This document shows, piece by piece, positions 49,394-58,329 of a DNA stretch of 64,000 nt (the stretch's first letter is position 1; every line of letters begins with the position of its first letter). Both the position numbers and the translations under genes were made by a program. The DNA is taken from NCBI GenBank assembly GCA_965261425.1, contig OZ253452.1, forward strand, positions 2,275,892-2,339,891, written 5' to 3'. The notes below the pieces were generated by a model. It did not search any database and was not told the origin of the DNA. It saw nothing but the letters and a program-made list of their open reading frames with translations. The stretch is from Candidatus Spongiihabitans sp. Its GTDB lineage: Bacteria > Pseudomonadota > Gammaproteobacteria > Arenicellales > Poriferihabitantaceae.

Positions 49394-51250
49394 ATGACTT
49401 GGGCGAAAAAAGTACTGCGTGTGGATTTAAGTAAAGGCACTGTTGCCGAAGAAGCACTGAACATGGATTGGGCGGCACAATACATCGGACAGCGGGGGCT
49501 TGGCACCCGCTATCTGGTTGAAGAAACCGACCCTCAATGCGATGCCCTTGGAGCGGACAATAGACTCATCTTTGCCACCGGTCCCCTGACTGGCACAACG
49601 GTGTCAACTGCTGGTCGCTATTCGGTCATCACCAAAAGCCCGTTGACCGGTGCGGTGGCGTGTTCAAATTCGGGTGGATTCATCGGTGCCGAGCTTAAAA
49701 TGGCGGGTTGGGACATGATCATTTTTCAAGGCAAGTCCAAATCGCCGGTGATGTTGCGAGTGGAAAATGAAGTTGCCGAATTGGTGCCTGCGGATGATTT
49801 ATGGGGTAAGACGGTTTGGGAAACCGATAAACTAATCCATCAGAAGTATCAGGATCCACAGATTAGAGTGGCTGCCGTGGGTCGTTCAGCCGAAGCAGGT
49901 TGCTTGTATGCTGGTATCATCAACGATTTGCATCGTGCCGCTGGTCGCTCTGGTGTAGGCACCGTGATGGCATCGAAAAACCTAAAAGCGGTTATGGTGC
50001 GCGGAACCCGTGGTGTGGGCAACATCAAGGACCCAATTCGGTTTATGAAAAGTGTTGCTGAGCAAAAGCAGGTATTGGCTGATAATGCGGTCACCGGTCA
50101 GGGATTGCCGGCACTGGGGACACAGGTGTTGATGAACGTCATCAACGAAGTGGGTGCGTTGCCAGCGAATAACATGCGTGATGTTCAGTTTGACGGTGCC
50201 AACAACATTTCTGGGGAAGCCATGCTTGAACCGCGTAAAAGTGACGGCAAGCCCAATTTGACCACGAATGCCGCATGCTTCAGTTGTACCATCGCTTGTG
50301 GTCGTATTTCGACGATTGATAAAGAACATTTCTCGATTGAGAACAAGCCACAGTACTGGGGTAATTCTGGCGGATTGGAGTACGAAGCGGCTTGGGCAAT
50401 GGGCGCGGATACGGGGGTCGATGATATTGATGCGATTACCTACACCAATTTTATCTGCAATGAAGATGGTTTCGATCCAATCTCATTTGGGGCGACTGTG
50501 GCAGCGGCAATGGAATTATTTGAACTCGGTGCGATTACCACCAAGCAAACCGATGGTATGGAGCTGGTTTTCGGCTCCGCTAAAGCCTTGACTTGGTGTG
50601 CCGAGAAGGTAGCAACGGGTGATGGCTTTGGAAAAGATTTGGGGCTTGGCTCCAAGCGGTTATGCGAAAAATATGGTCATCCCGAATTGTCAATGACGGT
50701 CAAAGGGCAGGAATTTCCGGCTTATGACCCCCGCGGTATTCAAAGCATGGGGCTGACCTATGCCACCGCAAATCGGGGTGCTTGCCATTTGCGAGGTTAT
50801 ACCGTGGCTGCCGAAATACTCGGCATTCCCGAAAAAACCGACCCGCTGGTGACTGAAGGCAAGGCGGGCTTAGTGAAAGCGTTTCAGGATGCCACTGCCG
50901 CAGTTGATTCCATGGGGCTGTGCGTATTCACCACATTTGCTTGGACGCTGGATAATATGGCACCGCAAATTGATGCCGCCTGTGAAGGCGATTGGAGTGT
51001 GGAGCGATTGCTCGAATCTGGGGAGCGAATTTGGAATCTGGAACGGGATTACAATTTGAAAGCCGGGCTGACTGGTGCCGATGACACTTTGCCATCCAGA
51101 TTGCTGAAAGAGGCTGCCAAGACCGGTCCCGCCAAAGGCAAGGTCTGTAATTTGGGCGACATGTTGCCAGAATACTATTCGTTGCGGGGCTGGACTACGG
51201 ATGGCGAATTGACCGATGATGTTAGAACCAAGTTTACCTTGCCGGCTTAA
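49394..51250 (+). CDS. aorB: Tungsten-pterin aldehyde:ferredoxin oxidoreductase family catalytic subunit, AorB-type
   Basis: The start is taken at MTWAKKVLRVDLSKGTV (ATG 49394, 6 nt after GGAGG). It shows the AFOR N-terminal domain pattern, a CFSCTIACGR cluster-binding motif, and a later GLCVF cysteine. The listed ORF start at 49253 lies inside aorA. Confidence 0.85.
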   Translation: MTWAKKVLRVDLSKGTVAEEALNMDWAAQYIGQRGLGTRYLVEETDPQCDALGADNRLIFATGPLTGTTVSTAGRYSVITKSPLTGAVACSNSGGFIGAELKMAGWDMIIFQGKSKSPVMLRVENEVAELVPADDLWGKTVWETDKLIHQKYQDPQIRVAAVGRSAEAGCLYAGIINDLHRAAGRSGVGTVMASKNLKAVMVRGTRGVGNIKDPIRFMKSVAEQKQVLADNAVTGQGLPALGTQVLMNVINEVGALPANNMRDVQFDGANNISGEAMLEPRKSDGKPNLTTNAACFSCTIACGRISTIDKEHFSIENKPQYWGNSGGLEYEAAWAMGADTGVDDIDAITYTNFICNEDGFDPISFGATVAAAMELFELGAITTKQTDGMELVFGSAKALTWCAEKVATGDGFGKDLGLGSKRLCEKYGHPELSMTVKGQEFPAYDPRGIQSMGLTYATANRGACHLRGYTVAAEILGIPEKTDPLVTEGKAGLVKAFQDATAAVDSMGLCVFTTFAWTLDNMAPQIDAACEGDWSVERLLESGERIWNLERDYNLKAGLTGADDTLPSRLLKEAAKTGPAKGKVCNLGDMLPEYYSLRGWTTDGELTDDVRTKFTLPA

Positions 51251-51253
51251 ATT

Positions 51254-52549
51254 ATGGCGACTGACTGTGCCACGAAGTATCTCATCATCGGTTCCGGTCC
51301 GGCAGGGGTGGTTGCGGCTGAGACGCTGCAAAAACTGGATGCGACCGCTGAAATAACCCTGATTGGCGATGAGCCTGAACCGCCCTATTCGAGAATGGCA
51401 ATTCCTTATTTGCTGATCAATAATATTGATGAGTCGGGGACTTATCTGCGTAAGCAACCAGAGCACTATTCGGGCAAGGGCATTGAGGTGGTGGTCGATC
51501 GGGTTGAGTCTGTGGATGTTGCCACAAAGACAGTGTCCCTGTCGCAAGGCGGTTCGCGCCAATACGACAAGTTGCTTGTAGCGACCGGTTCACGACCGCT
51601 CACGCCACCGATTCGTGGCATTGAGCATAAAAAGGTGACCAGTTGCTGGACGCTGGAAGATGCCAGAAAAATTGCCAACGGTATCAAACCGGGTGCGCCG
51701 GTGGTGCTGATTGGTGCGGGTTTTATCGGTTGTATTATTTTGGAGGCACTGGTTGCGTCAGGGGCAAACCTGACTGTTGTTGAAATGGGCAATCGCATGG
51801 TGCCCAGAATGCTGGATGAAACCTGCGGTACCTTGCTTGAGACGTGGTGCCAGCAAAAAGGCGTGAACGTCATGACCGCTTGTCAGGTTGATGCGATTGA
51901 ACCATTTGGCGATAACCTGCGGGTTAAAATTAGCGGCTCTGGACAAGTTGAAAAGGCGGGAGTTGAAACGGCGATGGTCGAAGCCGAGTTGGTTATATCT
52001 GCGGCTGGAGTACAGGCAAATGCGGCGTTTTTAGCAGACTGCGGGGTTGCGCTTACCAACGGCGCGGTGGTTATTGATGAGTATATGTGTTCTTCGGTCG
52101 CCGATATTTATGCGGCTGGAGATGTGGCTTGTGGCAAGGATTTTTCCACCGGCGAATACAGCGTGCAAGCGATACAGCCGACTGCTGTCGAGCATGGTCG
52201 GGTGGCAGCGCATAATATGTTTAAGCATGGCTCGGTGCGTCATCAGGGCAGTGTGCTGATGAACGTGTTGGATACCATTGGATTGATTTCAACCTCATAC
52301 GGTCAATGGCAAGGTGTTGAAGGCGGGCAGAGTGCGAATTTGCTGGATCGAGATCATTTCCGTTACATCCAGCTTCAATTTGATGGCGAGCGATTGGTGG
52401 GTGCGAATACATTAGGGTTCACCCAGCATATTGGGGTCTTGCGTGGGTTGCTACAAGGTCGCTTCAAATTGGGCAAATGGAAGGACAAACTGATGGACAA
52501 TCCATTGTTGCTGACGGAGGCATATCTTGCTGCGACTCAGGGTAGTTAA
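51254..52549 (+). CDS. aorC: FAD/NAD(P)-binding pyridine-nucleotide-disulfide-type oxidoreductase, AorC-type
   Basis: It has two dinucleotide folds (IIGSGPAGVVAAE and VLIGAGFIGCIILEAL) and starts 4 nt after aorB. Confidence 0.75.
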   Translation: MATDCATKYLIIGSGPAGVVAAETLQKLDATAEITLIGDEPEPPYSRMAIPYLLINNIDESGTYLRKQPEHYSGKGIEVVVDRVESVDVATKTVSLSQGGSRQYDKLLVATGSRPLTPPIRGIEHKKVTSCWTLEDARKIANGIKPGAPVVLIGAGFIGCIILEALVASGANLTVVEMGNRMVPRMLDETCGTLLETWCQQKGVNVMTACQVDAIEPFGDNLRVKISGSGQVEKAGVETAMVEAELVISAAGVQANAAFLADCGVALTNGAVVIDEYMCSSVADIYAAGDVACGKDFSTGEYSVQAIQPTAVEHGRVAAHNMFKHGSVRHQGSVLMNVLDTIGLISTSYGQWQGVEGGQSANLLDRDHFRYIQLQFDGERLVGANTLGFTQHIGVLRGLLQGRFKLGKWKDKLMDNPLLLTEAYLAATQGS

Positions 52550-52593
52550 GCCAAGTTAGTTCAGTAGTTTGAATAAACCTGCCCGAGGGCGAC

Positions 52594-52842
52594 ATGCAAA
52601 TTGAATTTAAGTTATTCGCAACATTGATGTGCTATTTACCGGCGGGCGCGGTGAAAAATGTCATCACTCTGGAGGTTGCAGAAAACACCACCCCACACCA
52701 GTTAATTGACACTTATTCCGTGCCGCGTTGCGATGTCCATCTGGTTTTAATTAACGGCATCTATGTCGATAAAGCGGGTCGAGATTTACCCATGAAGTCG
52801 AATGATACGCTGGCAGTTTGGCCACCCGTTGCGGGTGGGTGA
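52594..52842 (+). CDS. MoaD/ThiS-family small sulfur-carrier-like protein (ends ..VAGG)
   Basis: 82 aa with a beta-grasp-size C-terminal Gly-Gly. It is a paralogue of 53133-53381. Confidence 0.7.
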   Translation: MQIEFKLFATLMCYLPAGAVKNVITLEVAENTTPHQLIDTYSVPRCDVHLVLINGIYVDKAGRDLPMKSNDTLAVWPPVAGG

Positions 52843-53132
52843 GGCATCAATCCTACTGTTCTGAACTAGGCTTTACCCATGCCGAATTGCTCAGGTGTTT
52901 GCCATCGGCAGTTGCCCCCTATGTGATTAGCAAAAGAGCCGAAAACAGCTATGCGATGTCCTTTGAGAAGCGGGTTGCTTGGTTGTCTCTTGAGGCGGAG
53001 AAAACCCGCGAAATAGGATCAATTAAATTGCCAGTAACGGCAATCACCATTGAGTTTGAAAATTTTTCTGAAATTCAATATATCGCGTTTATGAATCGAT
53101 TCAAAAAATACTTACATCGAGGCGGAGGCTGA
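52839..53132 (+). CDS. Hypothetical ~97-aa protein ending ..YLHRGGG, coupled on both sides
   Basis: GTG 52839 overlaps the upstream TGA (GTGA). Its own TGA (53130-53132) abuts the next ATG (TGAATG). I recognise no family. The listed ORF uses TTG 52818. Confidence 0.45.
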   Translation: MRHQSYCSELGFTHAELLRCLPSAVAPYVISKRAENSYAMSFEKRVAWLSLEAEKTREIGSIKLPVTAITIEFENFSEIQYIAFMNRFKKYLHRGGG

Positions 53133-53381
53133 ATGAAAATAACAATCAAGTTTTTTTCAAGCCTGATGGATTACTTGCCGGATACTGCGGAGGGCAATGC
53201 GCTTGAGCTAACCGTCAGCGATAATCAAACCCCAAACCAGTTGCTGGATCGCTATAAAGTGCCACACCAAGAAGCACAAATGATGATGTGCAACGGCGCG
53301 TTCCTGCCGGTCGAAGACCGTGATCGTCCCTTGTGCGATGGTGATGTTCTGTCAATATGGCCCACGATTCAGGGCGGATAG
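53133..53381 (+). CDS. MoaD/ThiS-family small sulfur-carrier-like protein (ends ..IQGG)
   Basis: 82 aa and collinear with 52594-52842 (M.I..K.F..LM.YLP........L.V....TP.QL.D.Y.VP...........NG.......RD.P....D.L..WP...GG). Confidence 0.7.
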   Translation: MKITIKFFSSLMDYLPDTAEGNALELTVSDNQTPNQLLDRYKVPHQEAQMMMCNGAFLPVEDRDRPLCDGDVLSIWPTIQGG

Positions 53382-53464
53382 GGGATATAATGGTCGGATT
53401 GATTATGTCTAGTCTGGGAATTTGATAAATTTCATAACCATAAACACACTAATTTGCGGAAAAC

Positions 53465-54613
53465 ATGGGTATAGTAACGGGAAAAGCTCCAAGGGTCTGT
53501 GCAAGTAGAGGCGGAAAGGATTTTATTAAATGCTTGAAGCGCAATAAGAATGTTGTAAAAACCGAAGAAGAAGTTGTTCGCCAAAAAGTGCTTGATTTTC
53601 TTATCAATGAGAAAGGAATAGACAAGGTAAACATTGAGCTGGAAGTGAATGTCCCATATATTCTTGGAAAGCAACAACGTGGTCGCGCAGATATTGTGAT
53701 TTATGATGAGAATAGAGAGCCGTGTATTGTGATTGAGTGCAAGGAACCCAGCATTCCAAATATTGATGACGGGGCAGTTAAACAAGCAGAAAAATATGCC
53801 ACGAAATTGAAGGCGAAATATATTTGGGTGACTAATGGCGATGCTGATTTATTTGTTGAGAAGCAAAAATCGGCATGGAAAAAGGTGCAAACAATAGAGC
53901 AGTTGGGCACTATTTCTCCTTTTCCGATGAGCGTCAATAGACCTTTCAAACCAATCGGAGAATACCTTGAACTATTGAGCAAAGAGCAAGCAAACGAAGT
54001 CGTGCTGGAGTTGTCGGAGGGGCATAACAAGGAAAAACTTGATTTTATGCTAGCAATACACCAGTTAATTTTTAAGACCGATTTCAATTTGCCGTTTTCT
54101 TTTCGGGGTGTTCATATACTAGAGGATCGTGGCATCAGTTATTTAAATTTCGGAACGGGGGGAGGTGAGTGGTGTGGGTACTACCGCGTATTGTTGGTGG
54201 CAACGGAGGGACGGGTTGAAACGGTTGCAGTTGCTACTCAACAGTATCAACACGAGTCTCAACACGGTAATGCTTTATTATGTGTTGGATTTATAAAGGA
54301 ATCTCGTCATCATCATGCGCTACAGTTGCAACTCGAGGACTGTGACAAAACAAAAGATGGCTGGGAAATTTGGCACGATAGAAGTATGAGCCAGACATCA
54401 CGAGAAACCGTATCAGAAGCCGTCATTGAGAGCGGAAGAGAGGATTTGATTGTCAACGACGAGGACGACGATAAACCTTGGATTTATCTTGGTGATTTGC
54501 CCAAGAGGAATAATGTAACTTGGACAAACTCAAAAAAGATGTTGGCGAATCTCATTCATTATGCATTAATTCGTACCGAATTAAGAGATGCGAGAAAAAC
54601 AACAAAGAAATGA
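53465..54613 (+). CDS. HsdR_N-like (PD-(D/E)xK restriction-endonuclease-fold) N-terminal domain protein with an uncharacterised ~230-aa C-terminal region
   Basis: EEEVVRQKVLDFLINEKG...RGRADIVIYDENREPCIVIECKEPS...AVKQAEKYATKLKAKYIWVTNGD matches the type I restriction enzyme R-protein N-terminal domain pattern (D..E.K core). Confidence 0.55.
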   Translation: MGIVTGKAPRVCASRGGKDFIKCLKRNKNVVKTEEEVVRQKVLDFLINEKGIDKVNIELEVNVPYILGKQQRGRADIVIYDENREPCIVIECKEPSIPNIDDGAVKQAEKYATKLKAKYIWVTNGDADLFVEKQKSAWKKVQTIEQLGTISPFPMSVNRPFKPIGEYLELLSKEQANEVVLELSEGHNKEKLDFMLAIHQLIFKTDFNLPFSFRGVHILEDRGISYLNFGTGGGEWCGYYRVLLVATEGRVETVAVATQQYQHESQHGNALLCVGFIKESRHHHALQLQLEDCDKTKDGWEIWHDRSMSQTSRETVSEAVIESGREDLIVNDEDDDKPWIYLGDLPKRNNVTWTNSKKMLANLIHYALIRTELRDARKTTKK

Positions 54614-54685
54614 GTGGAGACTTTTGCATAGATTATCGGAAGCGCGACTTTAGCCGTGCCGAAACCGTAACCCATTTATATTTAA

Positions 54686-55723
54686 TTGTTAAAAGACACG
54701 CATAATCGACCGTTACACGATTTAAGAATCTCGGTTACCGACCGATGTAATTTTCGTTGCGGGTATTGCATGCCAAAAGACGTGTTTGGCAGGGGTTACC
54801 CGTTTCTGAAATCCAGTGCGTTGTTGCAATATGATGAGATTGAGACGCTGGTCAGGATTTTTGCCGCGCTTGGGGTAAGGAAAATTCGTTTGACCGGTGG
54901 GGAGCCGTTGTTGCGTAAGGATTTGGAGCAGCTCATTATCAGGCTGGCTGCAATCCCCGATATTGAAGATATTGCGATCACAACCAATGCTTCGTTGCTC
55001 ACCCCAGCCCGTGCTAAATCGTTGCAGGAAGCGGGGGTAGGGAGAATCAATATCAGTTTGGATGCCTTAACAACGGCAGTTTATGAGATCATCAATCCCA
55101 TTTCTTGTCCATTGCAAGATGTTCTGAATGGTATCAATCATGCTTTGAATGGCGGATTTGAGTCGGTCAAAATCAATACCGTTGTTCAAAAAGGCATCAA
55201 TGATGGAGAGATTTTGCCGTTGGTGAAACATTTCAGAGGTAGTGGTGCGATATTACGATTTATCGAATTTATGGATGTGGGTAACCATAATCATTGGAGC
55301 ATGGATGACGTGGTCAGTGCCAGAGAAATAATCGATCTGATTAACCCGATCTATCCGTTACAGCCGGTTGGGGCAAATTATGAAAGCGAGGTGGCAAAAA
55401 GATGGCAGTTTGTCGATGGTCAGGGGGAAATCGGGATCATATCTTCAATAACCCAACCATTTTGTGGCGGCTGTGCCCGAGCCAGATTATCCGCCAAAGG
55501 CGAATTGTTTACCTGTTTGTTTGCCACTTCCGGTTATGACCTGAAGCAATGGTTATCGCAAAACCTATCGACGAGCGAACTCACGGAAAAAATATCATCT
55601 ATCTGGGCTAGGCGCGATGATCAATACTCCATGTTAAGAAGCCAAAACCCGAAAGCAGCCTCGGTCAATAAACTGCTCGGGAAACAATCCCAAAAAGTCG
55701 AAATGTCCTATATCGGTGGTTAA
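54686..55723 (+). CDS. moaA: GTP 3',8-cyclase MoaA (radical SAM, molybdopterin/tungstopterin biosynthesis)
   Basis: LRISVTDRCNFRCGYCMP, GGEPLLR and the C-terminal CGGCARARLSAKGELFTCLF motifs are present. The only available start is TTG 54686, directly after an in-frame TAA. Confidence 0.9.
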   Translation: MLKDTHNRPLHDLRISVTDRCNFRCGYCMPKDVFGRGYPFLKSSALLQYDEIETLVRIFAALGVRKIRLTGGEPLLRKDLEQLIIRLAAIPDIEDIAITTNASLLTPARAKSLQEAGVGRINISLDALTTAVYEIINPISCPLQDVLNGINHALNGGFESVKINTVVQKGINDGEILPLVKHFRGSGAILRFIEFMDVGNHNHWSMDDVVSAREIIDLINPIYPLQPVGANYESEVAKRWQFVDGQGEIGIISSITQPFCGGCARARLSAKGELFTCLFATSGYDLKQWLSQNLSTSELTEKISSIWARRDDQYSMLRSQNPKAASVNKLLGKQSQKVEMSYIGG

Positions 55724-55827
55724 CAGCGTCCGCGATCCTCTCGGACATTTTCCTCAACCGCCGACCTGTTCAGGTATCAGAAAGGCAGGGGAATCTTTAA
55801 CCCCGCACTTTTCTGGGCTTTACTTTT

Positions 55828-56303
55828 CCTGACTTCGACGGTTGGCTCCATGCAGATCGCCCACAGCCCAATAAACATACGGGGGTAGTAGAGAAACTAT
55901 TTTGTAGTGCCTACTTAAATATTTATGTTGGCTTAGTCGATGACACAGTGTAAGCTCACCCCATGTTCGTTCGCGTCAAAACTACACCCAACAGCCCAAG
56001 ACAATCGGTTCAGATTGTCTCATCCGTTCGCTTCGGCGATAAGGTCAAGCAAAAGATTGTGCGCCATGTCGGCATTGCCATGGATGACGATGAATTGGCG
56101 CAGTTGAAGATTTTGGCCGAAGTCATCAAGGCGAAGATTGAAGCCCAGCCTGTTTTCTCCTGAGGTGGTCGCCAAACAGATGGTTGAAGCGAAAGCGGGA
56201 AAAGCGTCTAAAGCCGCTTTGAATGTTGACCTGATGCAGATGGTGGAAGAACAGCGTGTGGTGCTGGGCATTCACGAGGTGTATGGCGAGGTCTATCGTC
56301 AGT
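55828..56303 (+). mobile_element. 5' fragment of a second, diverged IS1634-family copy (transposase frameshifted and truncated)
   Basis: It has the same left inverted repeat, CCTGACTTCGACGGTT, at 55828. It is collinear with 19832-20312, with substitutions and an indel near 56150. Homology ends at 56303. Confidence 0.85.
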
Positions 56304-56560
56304 AGCGCGTTTAGCATCGGTGCGGGGCATCATTCACTATGGCAGGCGGACGATTGGTTCGAATTGCGTTTATCGCAACCGCTACGCGCCGAGAGCGGTA
56401 ACGTCAAACTGCGTGTGCCGGTCGGGCGCACGAAATACGGTGAGGTGGTATATAGACCCTGCTCATAAAACATATCTATCTGAATATAAACAAGTAATAG
56501 TGATTTTGTGGTATAATTCTGCATGGAAATCAGCCCAATAACCTCTAAAACCTTGCAGCT

Positions 56561-58231
56561 ATGATTGATTATAACGATTCCAACCAACGTACTATCGCAG
56601 AATTTGACTGGCCGTTTCACACCGCTCTTGATGCACACAACCGCTGGGTGAAACTAGGTCAGTGCATTCCATGGGATGGGTTAGCACAGGGCTATCATAA
56701 AAGCCTCTCGTCAAAGCGGGGTCGGGCAGCAAAAGATGCTCGTTTAGTCATCGGTGCGGTGATCATCAAACACAAACTAGGGTTGTCTGATCGTGAAACG
56801 GTGAGTCAGATTCAGGAGAATCCGTATCTGCAATACTTTGTCGGGCTTGCCGGTTATCAAAGATCAGTCCCGTTTGTACCCTCGTTGCTGGTTGAAGTGC
56901 GCAAACGGATGGGGGATACTGTTTTTGAAGTGTTCCATCAAGCGATTATTGGTGCTGTGGAAAAGGCGCAGGTCGTGCCGCAACGCAGCGTTAAGGATGG
57001 TTTGAAGGCATCCACACAGACCAACAAGTCGGGTGATGAATCAGAGCCAGAGTCCGTGCCAGAGTCCGTGCCAGAGTCGAAACCAGAACCAGAATCCAAT
57101 CAAGACCCACAAGGGGAGGATAATTCCCCAATTTCGCCTGCCACCACTGTGGAAGCACCCAGCCACGAAGGTAAGTTGATAATCGATGCGACTGTGGCAG
57201 AGCAAGCGATACGGTATCCCACGGATTTAAGTTTACTGAATGAAGCGCGTGAGATGGCGGAACGGATTATTGACGAATTGTATCCACACACGGAGTTCAG
57301 TCAGAAACCACGCACCTATCGTCGCCAAGCACGTAAAGCTTTTCTCGGGTTGGTCAAACAGCGTCGTCCCAAGCGTCAAGCGACCCAACGAGCGATCAAG
57401 CAACAACTGCAATACTTGCGGCGCAATTTTGGTCATATTGAGTGTTTAATGGATTGTTTCCCGATGGGCACGGCGTTGCCTTTGTCACGCAGGCTGCTAT
57501 ACCACTACTGGGTCATTCAGCATGTCTATGCACAGCAATGGCAGATGTACCGTAACAAAAGCCGTCGCTGTGATAATCGGATTGTGAGCATTCATCAACC
57601 GTATGTGCGTCCGATTGTGCGAGGTAAGCAAGGTAAGTCGGTTGAGTTTGGTTCGAAGTTGAGCGTGAGTTTAACGGCACACGGGTTATCCCGAGTTGAT
57701 CATTTAAGTTGGGATGCGTTTCATGAGGGGCATGATTTGCAGGGTCAGGTTGAGCGTTACCATGAACGTTATGGTTGCTACCCCGAAAGCGTCATCGGTG
57801 ATCCGATATATGGTAGTCGAGAGAACCGGCATTACTTGAAAGGATTGGGCATCTATTTTTCGGGCAAGCCATTAGGCAGACCCAAACAGGTAACAGAAGC
57901 GAATCGGGAGGTGTTGAAGCAATTAAAAGCCCAACGCCGGGCGGATTACCTACAACGGATTCCAATAGAAGGCAAATTTGGTCAGGCAAAGAACGGTTAT
58001 CGGCTGAATTACATCCGTGCCAAACGAGCAGACACTTCGGTTGCATGGATCAACAGCATTTTCCTAGTCATGAACCTGCTCATCCTGCTGAAGGTCTTTT
58101 TTGTGCCCAAAATAAGGCGACTAATAGGGTCGATAACGAACACTGGGCGACACCAATTACGATTGGACGGGTACGGATCATGCCAATTGCTTGGCTGGAA
58201 CAGATTTGAATATCCAAAACCGACTTTGTGA
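56561..58231 (+). CDS. IS5/IS1182-type DDE transposase
   Basis: The N-terminal InsH-like region is NRWVKLGQCIPWD...LVIGAVIIKHKLGLSDRETVSQIQENPYLQYFVGL. The C-terminal DDE_Tnp_1-like region ends ..EGKFGQAKNGYRLNYIRAKRADT. An internal low-complexity tract, PESVPESVPESKPEPE, is present. I could not define the element ends. Confidence 0.7.
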   Translation: MIDYNDSNQRTIAEFDWPFHTALDAHNRWVKLGQCIPWDGLAQGYHKSLSSKRGRAAKDARLVIGAVIIKHKLGLSDRETVSQIQENPYLQYFVGLAGYQRSVPFVPSLLVEVRKRMGDTVFEVFHQAIIGAVEKAQVVPQRSVKDGLKASTQTNKSGDESEPESVPESVPESKPEPESNQDPQGEDNSPISPATTVEAPSHEGKLIIDATVAEQAIRYPTDLSLLNEAREMAERIIDELYPHTEFSQKPRTYRRQARKAFLGLVKQRRPKRQATQRAIKQQLQYLRRNFGHIECLMDCFPMGTALPLSRRLLYHYWVIQHVYAQQWQMYRNKSRRCDNRIVSIHQPYVRPIVRGKQGKSVEFGSKLSVSLTAHGLSRVDHLSWDAFHEGHDLQGQVERYHERYGCYPESVIGDPIYGSRENRHYLKGLGIYFSGKPLGRPKQVTEANREVLKQLKAQRRADYLQRIPIEGKFGQAKNGYRLNYIRAKRADTSVAWINSIFLVMNLLILLKVFFVPKIRRLIGSITNTGRHQLRLDGYGSCQLLGWNRFEYPKPTL

Positions 58232-58329
58232 GCAGACTCTAATTATGACAATGGAAAGAGACTTTAGCCCTGCAATACCGATTGATGTTGTGGGCGTATT
58301 CGTGTAGATCTGTGTCGCATTGTGTACGA

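Noticed and set aside
56350-56365. tRNA-like GGTTCGAAT (T-loop-like) sequence
   Set aside because: No acceptor or anticodon stems can be drawn around it, and it lies within an in-frame protein-coding fragment. I found no convincing tRNA or rRNA gene in the window.
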